64,000 nucleotides of DNA from Octopus vulgaris (Eukaryota), in assembly GCA_951406725.2 (NCBI GenBank), contig OX597819.1, positions 115,630,001 to 115,694,000 of the forward strand. The letters run 5' to 3'. Shown piece after piece: positions 12,030 through 25,204 of this stretch. The position numbers and the translations under genes are program-made. Position 1 is the stretch's first letter; the number at the start of each line of letters is the position of its first letter. The notes below the pieces were generated by a model. That model made no database searches. It had not been told where the DNA came from and was given only the letters and a program-made list of their open reading frames with translations.

Positions 12030-12488
12030 TACTTCCATAATACTGATAGATTTGTCATGCTCCAGTATGAGTTCAAGTCACTGGCTGGAACCAGTAAAAT
12101 GTTAACTCATGCAAAGCATAAATATATATACGTATATTATATATTTTTAAAGATGAACTCATGTGTAATTTTCGGACTAATTGATTACCTTGTGTGTTGT
12201 TAACACGATTTTAGCCTGGTATAACATGTTCTCTTTATGTGATATTCCTGCCAACAACTCATTAAAGACGAAAATGCAAAAAAAAAAAAAAAAGAAACAA
12301 AAAAAGAAAAAAAAGGGTAAAAAAATGTCTGAAAAACACGTATTTTCTTCGTAAAATATTTGCTTAAGATTATTTCTCAAGGAGAAATATTCAAATTTTT
12401 GTATTGAGCGCATCGAGGTTTCGATACTCCTCTGATTTATGCCATACGGACGGTTATCTCACATTTCTAGGAAATCACAATTTTACAT

Positions 12489-12579
<91 letters not shown>

Positions 12580-12592
12580 CACCCACACACAC

Positions 12593-12627
<35 letters not shown>

Positions 12628-12635
12628 TACACATA

Positions 12636-13925
12636 TTAGGCTGAGTAAAGAGTAAGCAACGATTTGAAACATGAAATTCATCAGAATATATTTCAACAAT
12701 GCAGAAATTTTATTCATCAAAATAAGTACCATTACAATCAACGCATTTTTGCCAACGACTTACAAATTTGTTTATTCCGGTAATATAAAAATCTGGAGTT
12801 CTGAAAATGATAAACTCTTTCAATGCACTTTCAGCATCGGTTTGATTTTTGAACTCCCTCTCTCGCAGGAAACTATCAAGGTGCTTGAAAAAGTGGTAGT
12901 TGGTAGGAGTAAGGTCTGGGGAATAAGCTGGGTGGGGAAGAACTTCGTAGCCAAGTCTCCTCCCCTTCTAGACGTAATTAGGGAAATGTGTAGTCGAGCA
13001 TTGTCATGAAGAATAATTGACCTTCTTCTGTTGACCATTCTGGAACGCAGGAGTAGCAGTTTTTCATTCATTTTGGCAATTTCATGGCAATATGATTCTG
13101 CAGTAATGGATTTTCCGGGTTTTAAGAAGTTATAGTGGATGAGTCGAGCAGCACACCACCAAACAGAGACACCATAACCTTCTTTTTGAAGAGCTCGGGT
13201 TTAGGAAAGGTTTTCGGTGCTTTATTTTGGTCTAACCACTGCGAAGAATGTTTTTATTATTATTGTACAGAATCCAATTTTCTTCGCAAGTTACAATACG
13301 TTCGAGAAATGGATCGGTCTGGTTATGGAGAGGTAGCAACGAGTAAATTTCATATCTACATATTTTCTGATTTTCATTCAAATCGTGTGGTACCCATTTG
13401 TCGAGACTTTTTTGATTTTCCGATCGCATACAAATAGTTGCAGGCTGTTTTCTGGCTAACTTGAAGTACTTTTGCCAGATCTCGAGCGGTTTTACATGGA
13501 TTTTTTTCAATGACGGTCTTTAATTGATCGTCATCTATGACAAATGGGCGCCACTAGACTCACGATCTTCAAGGCTTAGGTCTCCACTGCGAATTCGTTT
13601 AAACCATTTTCGAGCTGACCACTCACTGGTTATTTCCTCACCAAACGTTTCATTGATATCGGAAGCGGTTTTCAGCTGTCTTGCGTCCATTTTGAAGTTG
13701 AGGAGCAAAATTACTGGAATATTGCGCTTTGACAGTTCCATTTCACATGATTGTAACAACGGTAAAAAAAATATCAATGTTAATTTATTGGTGCATTTGG
13801 GCAAGTCTGTGTCTGAGTTATCAGACAATTTAAAAAAAGCGTGTTTAAAAAAAATCAAAACTCTACAAAAATCCGGTACAAATTCTTCATGGTTCAAAAC
13901 ATTGCTTACTTTTTACTCAACTTGA
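12636..13925 (-). mobile_element. Full-length decayed mariner (cecropia/Hsmar1-like), 1290 bp
   Basis: Imperfect TIRs ttaggctgagtaaagagtaagcaacg / cattgcttactttttactcaacttga with TA flanks; broken transposase with MELSKRNIPVILLLNFKM, WVPHDL, VTCEENW, LHDNAR. Confidence 0.92.
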
Positions 13926-13934
13926 TATATATAT

Positions 13935-14140
13935 AGAAGGTAAAAAAGAGAAAATAGAAAGGTTTTGACAATGTGGAAAGTTTTATAAAACCTTTATATT
14001 TCAGGCACAAAGGTCCATCTTCAGAAAAAAATCAGTCTGGGAAATGTCCAGTTATATAGGTTCCATTAACCCATTCAAATCTGAAGACGGGCCTTTGCGC
14101 GTTGTAAGAAGCTTTCTATTTTCTCTCTTTTTACCTTCTT
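13935..14140. repeat. Short inverted-repeat element containing a degenerate hammerhead-like motif
   Basis: Arms gaaggtaaaaaagagaaaatagaaagg / ctttctattttctctctttttaccttc and gcacaaaggtccatcttcaga / tctgaagacgggcctttgcgc; minus strand CTGAAGA...GAAA-TATA. Confidence 0.6.
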
Positions 14141-14215
14141 CAATATTACAATGCTTCAAGCGAACTACAACGCTCTTATATATATACTCTTACATAAATA
14201 TGTATGTGTATACGT

Positions 14216-14264
<49 letters not shown>

Positions 14265-14415
14265 CTTGAATTGTAATTTTGCGTTTATAATCACATACTT
14301 ATATATATTTTTCATTCACTGTAACATTACTTTTCTTTGTTGTTTTTGTATTGTTTCCTATACCGTTGCTCTTGTAAGAAATAAAATGTTGTTATTATTA
14401 TTATTATTATTATTA

Positions 14416-14452
<37 letters not shown>

Positions 14453-14470
14453 TTATTTTTATTATTATTA

Positions 14471-14504
<34 letters not shown>

Positions 14505-14893
14505 GGTTGGAAGCACTCCGTCGGTTACGACGACGAGGGTTCTGGTTGATCCGAATCAACGGAACAGCCTGCTCGTGAAATTAACGTGTAAGTGGCTGAG
14601 CACTCCACATACACGTGTAACCTTAGCGTAGTTCTCGGGAATATTCAGCGTGACACAGAGAGTGACAAGGCCGGTCCTTTGAAATACAGGTACAACAGAA
14701 ACAGGAAGTAAGAGTGAGAGAAAGTTGTGGTGAAAGAGTACAGCAGGGATCACCACCATCCCCTGCCGGAGCCTCGTGGAGCTTTAGGTGTTTTCGGTCA
14801 ATAAACACTCACAAACGCCCGGTCTGGGAATCGAAACCGCGATCCTATGACCGCGAGTCCGCTGCCCTAACCACTGGGCCATTGCGCCTCCAC
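14505..14893 (-). mobile_element. tRNA-derived SINE family B (possibly octopus OR-type)
   Basis: Head gtggaggcgcaatggcccagtggttagggcagcggactcgcggtc with gtttcgattccc B box; inserted in (TTA)n. Confidence 0.9.
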
Positions 14894-14895
14894 TA

Positions 14896-14955
<60 letters not shown>

Positions 14956-14958
<3 letters not shown>

Positions 14959-15579
14959 CCTTCATTTGCACACTGATGATCTTCTTGACACTGGATCGTT
15001 CAGTCGACTCCCTACCAAGTTGTGCGATCTCAGATAGACAGACCTTTCCGCAGGATATTCGCTGTTCCGAAAAGTGTTGTCCTTTACAATGTTGTAATGC
15101 CGGAAAAGATTCCATTTGCGTCAAGGTGTTTCTGAAAGCTTTTCGTCATTTACCAAAGTGCTCCAGTCGCAACTGGTCTCACTTTTGCTTTCATATCCCC
15201 TATTCTCACGACATTTATTCTAAAGTCTGAACATTTAACGATTTTCCTGTTTTCTTTATCATTGATTCATTGATCTCTTGGGCAAGCTACATCAATCAAC
15301 AGACGAGCTGCTTAGCATACCTTTCTCCAGCAAAGTTATGTCCGGCCTTGTATGTTCAAGAACTCTGTTTGTTTGGATTGTAAAGCGCCACCAGAGCTCC
15401 ACAGTTTGATTATCTAGGACCTTTTCAAGTTTGTACTGATATCATTTCTTAGTGGCTGGAAATCCTTATTCTTTGCACAAAGACCAGTGGAGTGTAAGAA
15501 CAGTTTATCGTGACGCTCTTAGTATACTCTTTGTGCAAGCATGTCACAAGCACTCAAGATGTGAGTCATACTTTTTACC

Positions 15580-15580
<1 letters not shown>
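14956..15580 (-). mobile_element. R4/Dong-clade LINE 3' relic
   Basis: Minus strand IDVACPRD...RPVATGAL...GTANILRK (restriction-like endonuclease end); flanked by (TTA)n on both sides. Confidence 0.7.
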
Positions 15581-15640
<60 letters not shown>

Positions 15641-16152
15641 CATCATTATTATTATTGTTATCTGTTGTTTCAAGGCTTTTTATGTTTTACCCAAATTCAT
15701 TGTGGTTCCTATCGAATCACAACTTATTGTCAAGAATGAGGTACATATTGTATCTTTTGTAGAAAAGTATTTTTCTACTCTACATATCTGTTTCCACATT
15801 ATATCAAGGACTTTTAGGATAATTCTCGATGAACCTAGTGGACACTTTTGTCTGCACTTCACCTATTCTCAGATTAAAATCAAAATCTTCAAGCTTTGTT
15901 ATTACATATTTTGTCACTTTTCCTAGAGCCCTACTTTTCCTACAGAATTCAGTAGCATCATGATTTTGTTAACTTCTCTTTTATAATACTTGAGGCTTTC
16001 ATACTTCAAGTCAGTATATTAGTCCGCTCTTTATCTTTCATTCTCTTAAATTATGCCATCAAATGAGATTGCCACGTCAATTATAAAACACAACTTCTTA
16101 TCACTCTTTATAGTTTCTGATTTGTTGCATTCCATTCTTTCACCATATACAT

Positions 16153-16388
16153 ACTCTTTTACTCATTTACTCTTTTACTTGTTTCAGTCATATGGCTGCG
16201 GCCATGCTGGAGCAACGCCTTCAGTCGAACAAATCGAACCCAGGACTTATTCTTTGTAAGCCTAGTACTTATTCTATCGGTCTCTTTTGCCGAACTGCTA
16301 AGTTATGGGTACGTAAACACACCCGCATCGGTTGTCAAGCGATGTTGGGGGGGGGACAAACACAGACACACAAAGATATACACACACA

Positions 16389-16432
<44 letters not shown>

Positions 16433-16648
16433 TAAATATATACATATATACGACGGGCTTCTTTCAGTTTCCGTCTACCAAATCCACTCACAAGGCTTTG
16501 GTCGGCCCGATGCTATAGTAGAAGACACCTGCCCAAGGTGCCAGGCAGTGGGACCTAACCAGGAACTATGTGGCTGGTAAGCAAGCTACTTACCACACAA
16601 CCACTGCTGCGCCTAATAGCTACTTATCATACAACCACTCCTGCGCTT
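16153..16648 (-). mobile_element. SINE family A with tandemly duplicated 5' end
   Basis: Family match; head repeated at ~16617-16648. Confidence 0.88.
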
Positions 16649-16849
16649 AAATTCCTGCAACAAACCCATTTCATTGTCTTTAAGGGTTTGCATTTCTATT
16701 CCCATAAAATTGTTATAGTTTTTTCTGCACATTCAAAACCAAATTCTTTACAAATTTTGTAATAAACTATTGCTGCAATTTTCTCATATGTCTACATGTT
16801 TGCAGTCATTCTGAATTATCTGTGGGAATTCCGATACAATACGAGCTAT

Positions 16850-17460
16850 GGTCCCATCTGAATCCTCATATATTCTATATATGGGTGATCGGTCCTACTA
16901 ATCTGTCGTACCTTTGATCCAATTTTCAATTTTCTCACAGGATCCATTTCCGTGCTGCCAAAATGATTCCCTTGTTCTCTTTCTTCAAAAGTCTTCTCTA
17001 ACCGTAGCCAGATTTCCTTGTCATCCTTTATTTCTTTTGTACTTTTGAAAACCAATCAATGAAGCTTCTTTCCTCTTAGGTTTTATTTCCTGCTTTTCAC
17101 AGCTCCCTGTTTTTTCTTTAATTCTTTTGGTATTCGTTCACTTATTACCTCCTTAAGAAGTGTTTCCTCTTTTTCTTTTAAATATGAACCCAAACTTGTC
17201 TTCTCTAGTTCTGCTACTTCTTTGATACCCATTAATCTTCTGCTTTTTACAATATAACTGATTCACATCTTACTGGGGATGTATTATACTTATGTAGATT
17301 GGGAGTTGCTTCTTTATTTTCTAGTCGACATCCTTTTGTTTATCTTCAGCCAATTTCTGCTCAATAATTTATTAGCGATGCTCCCACCCGGTCGATTGCT
17401 TGTATGATGTGTTCCGCAGTCGATTTTCATTCTGCGAAAACATTCTTCATTGAAGTGGTA
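16850..17460 (-). pseudogene. Very decayed non-LTR (Dong-like) RT-region relic
   Basis: Patchy similarity to GNxIxAINxWA and GLxxI..E...L..Y segments; many stops. Confidence 0.35.
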
Positions 17461-17777
17461 ACATATGCATCATTGCATAAATTGTCATTGTTGTTGCATC
17501 AGATGACTTTATGACTTCGTCTAGGATTTTACAGGAATTTCAAATAAACACGACGGTTTCTCAAAGATCTCACACACATTTGACTTCTTCACAAACATAT
17601 TAACAGACAATACCCACAAGAAGACATACACATACAAGCAAGCATATATATGTATATACACGTAAACATACGCTTACGCACACATACCCAGATATATACA
17701 CCCATGAAAACACACACACAGACATACACACAGGCACGCACGTACACACACACATATTTATATATATATATTTATAT

Positions 17778-17845
<68 letters not shown>

Positions 17846-17848
17846 ACA

Positions 17849-19153
17849 TTAGGTTGGCAACTATGTTCCCACCGTTTTTAAAAATTAAAATTTTTTTAAG
17901 GTTTAACAAAAATAATAATTAATTAATGAATAGTGTATTCACCCTTATTGTTTACAACTTCTTCCCAATGTTCAACAAGATTTTCAATACCTCGTTGGTA
18001 GGAATCACCCGATTTCGACTGGAAAAGTTGATCCAACGAAGCTCTCAATTTTGCATCAGTATTGAACGAAATTCCGCGCATAGCATTTGAAAGAGATCGA
18101 AAGAGGTGGAAATCCGTTGGTGCCAAATCAGGAGAGTACGGCGGGTGTGGCAGCACTTCCCAGCCATGTGTTTGAATGGCTTCCTTGGTCATATTGGCGA
18201 TATGAGGGCGGGTGTTGTCGTGCAGCAAAAGAACTCCATGCTGCCGATTAGGTCTTTTCTCTTGAATAGCCATGTTAAGTCGTTCTATCGTTCCATCTGT
18301 CGAACATAGAGTTCCATGTTGACCGTTTGATTCCCTTCAAGCAATTCGTAATGGATAATCCCTTCCCAGTCCCACCATACGCACAACATCGTTTTACGTG
18401 GATGAAGATCTTGTTTCACGCGCGGTGTCGCTTGTTTACCGGAGCTAAGCCATTCCTTAAGCTGCTTCATATTGATGTACAGGCACCATTTTTCGTCGCC
18501 AGTAACGATTCGGTAAAGAAATTGTTGCTTGTGTCCATGAGCTGAGAGGTGACAAGCAAGCAAACCAACGGAGATTGTGGCTAGTTGATTTTTGCTGTTG
18601 TCACTTAAAGCATGCGGAACCCATGTTCCATACTTCTGAACCTTTCCCATCGAGGGAAGATGCTTCTCTATAGCAGTGTGGGAGCATTCCATTTTCTCTG
18701 CCATTTCCCTCGTCGTTTGACGAGAATTTTCGTGCAAAAGTTGGTTTAATCGTTCTTCATCGAACTCAACTAGACGGCCAGAACGAGGTGCGTCTTTGGG
18801 GTTAAAATTACCTTGGCATACCAATCATGAGCGGTTCTTTCAGTTATGGCACCCTCTCCATACACAGCACAAATGTCGCGAGCAGCTTTTGCAGCCTTAG
18901 AACCTTGATTAAAAGCAAAAAGAAGGAAGTTTCGAAAATGCTCGTTTTTCTTAACTTGACATTCCATTTTAATGATCTGAAAATAAACAAAAATTAACTA
19001 AAATTAACTAGAAAAACAAAACAAAACAAACAAACAAGATTCCAAAATTATTCAAAAATAAAATTCTCGAAAAAAAAAAATAGATTCCAAAATTTAAAAA
19101 CACAATAAATTACAAAATTAAAAAAAACGGCGGGAACTTAGCTGTCAACCCAA
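17849..19153 (-). mobile_element. Full-length mariner (mellifera-like, DD34D), 1305 bp, transposase split by frameshifts
   Basis: TIRs ttaggttggcaactatgttcccaccgttttt / aaaaacggcgggaacttagctgtcaacccaa; ORFs 18770-18967, 18285-18824 and 17923-18273 with WVPHAL, TGDEKW, HDNTRPH, YSPDLAPTD. Confidence 0.95.
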
Positions 19154-19223
19154 TATATAAGTTATTACGGAGATGTACTCGCATAGCAAGTAATTTGATC
19201 TGAGATCGTGTGCTGAAACGAAA

Positions 19224-19410
19224 ACAATTGCAGCGTGGAAGGTGTTTATAAGCCATTTAAGAGATGCAGCACGGACTTTGTCAGTGAACAGGTCGCGGAT
19301 TTTAGCGACGAAAATATTTTGACAAATTAAACTTATATGTTGGAGTGAATCGAACGGCTTTTGTGTGTTTCTTAAATGGCTTATAAACACCTTCCACGCT
19401 GCAATTGTTG
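19224..19410. repeat. Inverted-repeat element with ~38-bp arms
   Basis: acaattgcagcgtggaaggtgtttataagccatttaaga / tcttaaatggcttataaacaccttccacgctgcaattgt. Confidence 0.85.
19277..19326 (+). ncRNA. Variant type I hammerhead ribozyme motif (G3-C8 core)
   Basis: tttgtca-GTGAACA-g-gtcgc-ggatttta-gcgac-GAA-AATATT-T-tgacaaa: perfect 7-bp helix I, 5-bp helix II, palindromic helix III. Confidence 0.68.
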
Positions 19411-20019
19411 TCAATATATAAGTTTTACTCGTAAAAGGATGATAGTGGCGAAAAAGTTTCGGCTTAGGTGCCTTCGTTCGAGTGATGAAAGCAACTGGCA
19501 CAACACTTCGAAGTCACTGTCTAACATCTTGTAAAAGTAAAAAACAATACTCAAAACATTTGAGTATCGTTTCTTCTTGTATGTCAACATGTTCAGGTAT
19601 CTTTCCATTCGGCTCGATATAATTTAGTGATGCTTTTTAATGAGTCAAAATGAATGAAAATCTTTCCTTCATTAGGATTAATAAAAAAGATAATATTCTA
19701 AAGAACTAGGATTTCTTTCTTTTTTTATTTTTTAAAAACTAAAAGAACGAACATCTTCAAATTGTGCCAGCGTTCGATTTTCCATGCATTCCCCCAGGGA
19801 ATAAAATATGTATCAAGCGACAGAATATGCACTGGGGAAATTTTGTAATAAAGTGTAATCTAGAATTTTGTGCCCTTCTATGGCTGCTGTCCAAGACTGA
19901 AACGAGGAAAATATTAACAGAATAAAAAAAAAAAATAAAAATATATGAGTAGCGATGAAAAAAACAACATATAACAAGAATAAAAAGACGAACAACAATA
20001 TCAATAAAACGTAATAGTT

Positions 20020-20490
20020 ATTGATCATCATCATCATCATCATCACTACCACCACCACTACAATCATCATCACCACCACCACCACCACCACCACCACCAC
20101 TACCTACACCACCACCATCATCATCATCATCATCATCATTTTTTAAAATTATTATCATTAAGTTGTGGTTGAGGATGAAAGAGATGATAATGATTTTGGT
20201 ATTGGCGTTGGTGGTGATAATGATTGATGATGATGATGATGATGGTTATGATGATGATGACGATGAAGACGCCAACGACGACAACTACGATGATCGTAGT
20301 GATGCAATGATGATGATGATACTTACGACAACAACGACGAATACGATGACGTCAGCGGTGATAACCACAACGATGATGAAGAGGAAGATGACGATGATCA
20401 TGATGACGATGATAATGATGATGATACTGATGCCGATGCAGCTGCTGCTGATGATGATGACGATGACGACGACGATGATGATGATAATAA
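20020..20490. repeat. Compound (CAT/CAC)n then (GAT)n trinucleotide repeats
   Basis: Directly visible. Confidence 0.9.
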
Positions 20491-20676
20491 AGAAAGAGGA
20501 GAAGAATTTGGAGACTACATTAAATGATGTCTCATATGTCCAGTGAAATTCCAGTCCAATTTTTACTTGGAATCGCTGCCAAAAAAAGTGGGTGTCAATA
20601 AAACTTGGCGAAAGTCCATCGTCGTCTTTTGGAATTGAAGTATTCTCGAAATAGTAGCAGTAGTAGTGACTTCAAA

Positions 20677-20724
<48 letters not shown>

Positions 20725-20738
<14 letters not shown>

Positions 20739-21290
20739 ATGATGATAATGGAAAACGGTATCAGAAGGCATCAAGAAAAATATCAAGGAAATTGGAATAG
20801 AGTGCCCAGTAGAACTGTTACAAAAGTTTTGCTTCCTTAGCATGGCGAGAAGGCGAGAATAATCAGGAAAGTGTTAGCTAGATGAAAAGGAAGGATAACA
20901 TGGTACCGTAGGCAGCAGGTAGCAAGCCCGCTACGCGTGCAAGACTCCAGGTGCCCCAACAAAACCTGTGATTAAAAAAAAAGAGTAATAATGGGAAATA
21001 ATGACAAAGTACAAGGCTTTGTATAAAAGGGCAGATGCGGACAGGCTGCACATGACACGTAGAAATGTAGGAAAGGTGACCGATCAGTGTGGAGGATCGT
21101 GTGAACAGGGAAATGAAAAGTCTCAATCAGTATGTTAACAAAAGAACTGAAGAATTTCTAGCAGCAGTAAGCAATGCAAACATACGAATGGAATGGCGAA
21201 CAAAAGATGAAGTAATTGTAAAGAGGAAGCAAAGTTATATGGAAAATGTACTCCTTCGGTTTATGAAGAATACTGAGGTGGAAAGATGAT
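20725..21290 (+). mobile_element. R4/Dong-clade LINE relic (post-RT region)
   Basis: MTKYKALYKRADADRLHMTRR..ISVEDRVNREMKSLNQYV resembles HPKxDVDRLYxxRxxGGRGLISVE. Confidence 0.6.
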
Positions 21291-21878
21291 ATGTACTTCT
21301 CTGATGACGAGCAGAAGTCGTTGGGGAGCATCATAGCCTTGTATTGAAAGGAATTCTTAGAGGTTTGGATAATTCACCTTTGGAAACATGGGTGGTTCAT
21401 TTGTTTTAGTGTAAAAGATGAGCTACAGCAAATATTCTGCTTAATACCACAGATTTGCTTGTCAGTCGTTTGACCTTAACCAACTGAGCATGTCCCTTAG
21501 TGGCTGACGATATGTGCATCTCTGATCACAAGCAGAAGTAGTGGGAGAGCATCATAAACGTGTGTTGAAAGGAATTCTTAGAGGTTTGGATAATTCCCCT
21601 TTTGAAACATGAGTGTTTCGTTCAACATCTTTAAACAATCCTTATTCAGGGACCTTTTGAGCGGGATGGGCTAATCGACAAGAAGAAAATTCTAACTGAA
21701 CCCCCACCTGCAAGGTCATGCGCTGTTTATGTTGATATGAGATCACCATGTCGCACACATATGGTTGTGATGCATATGCCTGGTGTGCCCTTATCAGACG
21801 GGTAGTCATGATGGGTATATTGGGCTTCGTATATTTTACCCCAGTGTCACTTTGATGGCATGCACTGCTCTCTCACTC

Positions 21879-21880
<2 letters not shown>
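21283..21880 (+). repeat. Unclassified interspersed repeat with an internal ~110-bp duplication, ending in (TAA)n
   Basis: 21283-21395 resembles 21507-21620; followed by (AAT)n. Confidence 0.5.
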
Positions 21881-21933
<53 letters not shown>

Positions 21934-21935
<2 letters not shown>

Positions 21936-22150
21936 TTCTTTACTGCCCACAAGGGGCTAAACAAGGACGGACAAAGGGAATAAGTCGATTACATCGACCC
22001 CAGTGCGTAGCTAGTACTTAATTTATCGACCCCGAAAGGATGAAAGGCTAAGTCGATCTCGGCGGAATTTGAACTCAGAACCTAACGCCAGACGAAATAC
22101 GGCTACGCATTTCGCCCGGCGTGTTAACGTTTCTGCCAGCTCGCCGCCTT
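21934..22150 (-). mobile_element. SINE family C monomer
   Basis: Head aaggcggcgagctggcagaaacgttaacacgccgggcg plus one unit. Confidence 0.85.
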
Positions 22151-22508
22151 TAATAAACACTCGGCGAGAAACGGAAGAAAATTTGAAGAAAGAAGGAAAA
22201 AAAAAATGATAATATTTTATTAATGCTGTCAGATATATATGATGTATGAGCTATGCAATGCATCACGATATAATACATACATATATACATACAAGCACAT
22301 AATACTTTTAATATATAAGGAAAAAAGAAATAAAGAATACTCGCTATAAAACAATGCCCTCTATACATTTCATACCAAAACAAATATACTGCTTAATTTA
22401 ACCCACGTTCATTTCTTTTGAATTTGAATTTGAAAAAGAAGAATAGACTCCAAGAATTAGAACAAATAATTCTTAACAGACTTTACCCAGCAAGGTTAAT
22501 TGATAATG

Positions 22509-24540
22509 AGATAGAAAGTGCTAAAGCAATAGACATTCAATCAAGAGCTACGAACAGAGGACAATTCCAATATATCCAATACTGTACATTACATAACAAC
22601 ACATAGAGACATGTAATTATTGCACCCGTGGTCATAAGATAGAAAGTGCTAAAGCAATAGACATTCAAGAGCTACGAACAGAGGACAATTCCAATATATC
22701 TAATACTGTACATTACATAACAACACATAGAGACATGTAATTATTGCACCCGTGGTCATAAGATAGAAAGTGCTAAAGCAATAGACATTCAAGAGCTACG
22801 AACAGAGGACAATTCCAATATATCTAATACTGTACATTACATAACAACACATAGAGACATGTAATTATTGCACCCGTGGTCATAAGATAGAAAGTGCTAA
22901 AGCAATAGACATTCAAGAGCTACGAACAGAGGACAATTCCAATATATCTAATACTGTACATTACATAACAACACATAGAGACATGTAATTATTGCACCCG
23001 TGGTCATAAGATAGAAAGTGCTAAAGCAATAGACATTCAAGAGCTACGAACAGAGGACAATTCCAATATATCTAATACTGTACATTACATAACAACACAT
23101 AGAGACATGTAATTATTGCACCCGTGGTCATAAGATAGAAAGTGCTAAAGCAATAGACATTCAAGAGCTACGAACACAATTCCAATATATCCAATACTGA
23201 GGACATGTAATTATTGCACCCGTGGTCATAAGATATCCAATAGACATTCAAGTACAACAGAGGACAATTCCAATATATCTAATAACAACATAACAACACA
23301 TAGAGACATGTAATTATTGCACCCGTGGTCATAAGATAGAAAGTGCTAAAGCAATAGACATTCAAGAGCTACGAACAGAGGACAATTCCAATATATCCAA
23401 TACTGTACATTACATAACAACACATAGAGACATGTAATTATTGCACCCGTGGTCATAAGATAGAAAGTGCTAAAGCAATAGACATTCAAGAGCTACGAAC
23501 AGAGGACAATTCCAATATATCAATACTGTACATTACATAACAACACATAGAGACAGCTAAAGCAATAGACATTCAAGAGTTACGAACAGAGGACAATTCC
23601 AATATATCCAATACTGTACATTACATAACAACACATAGAGACATGTAATTATTGCACCCGTGGTCATAAGATAGAAAGTGCTAAAGCAATAGACATTCAA
23701 GAGCTACGAACAGAGGACAATTCCAATATATCTAATACTGTACATTACATAACAACACATAGAGACATGTAATTATTGCACCCGTGGTCATAAGATAGAA
23801 AGTGCTAAAGCAATAGACATTCAAGAGCTACGAACAGAGGACAATTCCAATATATCTAATACTGTACATTACATAACAACACATAGAGACATGTAATTAT
23901 TGCACCCGTGGTCATAAGATAGAAAGTGCTAAAGCAATAGACATTCAAGAGCTACGAACAGAGGACAATTCCAATATAACTAATACTGTACATTACATAA
24001 CAACACATAGAGACATGTAATTATTGCACCCGTGGTCATAAGATAGAAAGTGCTAAAGCAATAGACATTCAAGAGCTACGAACAGAGGACAATTCCAATA
24101 TATCTAATACTGTACATTACATAACAACACATAGAGACATGTAATTATTGCACCCGTGGTCATAAGATAGAAAGTGCTAAAGCAATAGACATTCAAGAGC
24201 TACGAACAGAGGACAATTCCAATATATCTAATACTGTACATTACATAACAACACATAGAGACATGTAATTATTGCACCCGTGGTCATAAGATAGAAAGTG
24301 CTAAAGCAATAGACATTCAAGAGCTACGAACAGAGGACAATTCCAATATATCCAATACTGTACATTACATAACAACACATAGAGACATGTAATTATTGCA
24401 CCCGTGGTCATAAGATAGAAAGTGCTAAAGCAATAGACATTCAAGAGCTACGAACAGAGGACAATTCCAATATATCTAATACTGTACATTACATAACAAC
24501 ACATAGAGACATGTAATTATTGCACCCGTGGTCATAAGAT
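22509..24540 (+). repeat. Tandem array of 124-bp units (~16-17 copies, near-identical)
   Basis: Unit starts at 22761, 22885, 23009 (period 124); irregular units near 23160-23330 and 23520-23580. Confidence 0.97.
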
Positions 24541-24740
24541 TGTGGTTTCGATTCCTAGACCGGGTGACGCGTTGTGTTCTTGAGTAAAACACTTCATTTC
24601 ACGTTGCTCCAGTCCACTCAAGAGGTTACAATGAGTAACCGCGTGACAGACCGGCGTTACCAGTCCAGGGGTAGGGGGAATATATACATGTCACAGAATC
24701 AGAGAAACTGGCCTTATTAGAGAATGGTTCAGGAAGGACC
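24510..24740 (+). mobile_element. Degenerate CORE-like SINE
   Basis: gtttcgattcc B box followed by gcgttgtgttcttgagtaaaacacttcatttcacgttgctccagtccactc, as at 33953. Confidence 0.7.
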
Positions 24741-25204
24741 TTTGATATGTTTTTGACATATCAACATATAATTCAAAGAACACAGCCACATAAATATCAA
24801 AACATACCCCTATTGATGCAAGAACCAAGGATGAGAAATGTACTCGAAACATTCAACGATTTAAGACCAAAGACAGCCAAACTCCCTTAAGAAATTACTG
24901 ATCAGTGCCGAATTGTCTTTTAAAATTTCAATAATCAAAATTAAAATAATCAAAATTCCAATAATCAAAAAGTGCGATCACCTCAAACTGTGGTACTTGT
25001 ATTTACCTTAAAGAAAACAGCATCCTATAAATTTAATCCACTGTAGCGTCAGTAAAAATTTGAAAACAGAATGCATTGTTTAGAAATCTTCAAGAGAAAA
25101 ACTATAACACAAAAGATCTGTGACGAAATATTCAATGTTCCATTACTTTGGAAAATCACAAAAAGTTTGCGAAACCTGAGAAGTATTAGTAAGAGTGGCT
25201 GTAT

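Larger units (their letters stand above)
22440..25020 (+). mobile_element. Penelope-like element relic interrupted by a SINE and a tandem array
   Basis: RLQELEQIILNRLYPARLIDNEIESAKAID...YITTH before the array; MQEPRMRNVL..RQPNSLKKLLISAEL..KKC..NCGTC after 24780 (RT-to-GIY-YIG linker with Cys motif). Confidence 0.7.

Noticed and set aside
19440-19480. Minus-strand ggc/gcc-GAAAC hammerhead-like half
   Set aside because: The CUGANGA core is not intact and helix III is unclear; too decayed to call.
22509-24540. CRISPR-like array
   Set aside because: Whole 124-bp units repeat with no unique spacers, there are no cas genes, and the context is eukaryotic.
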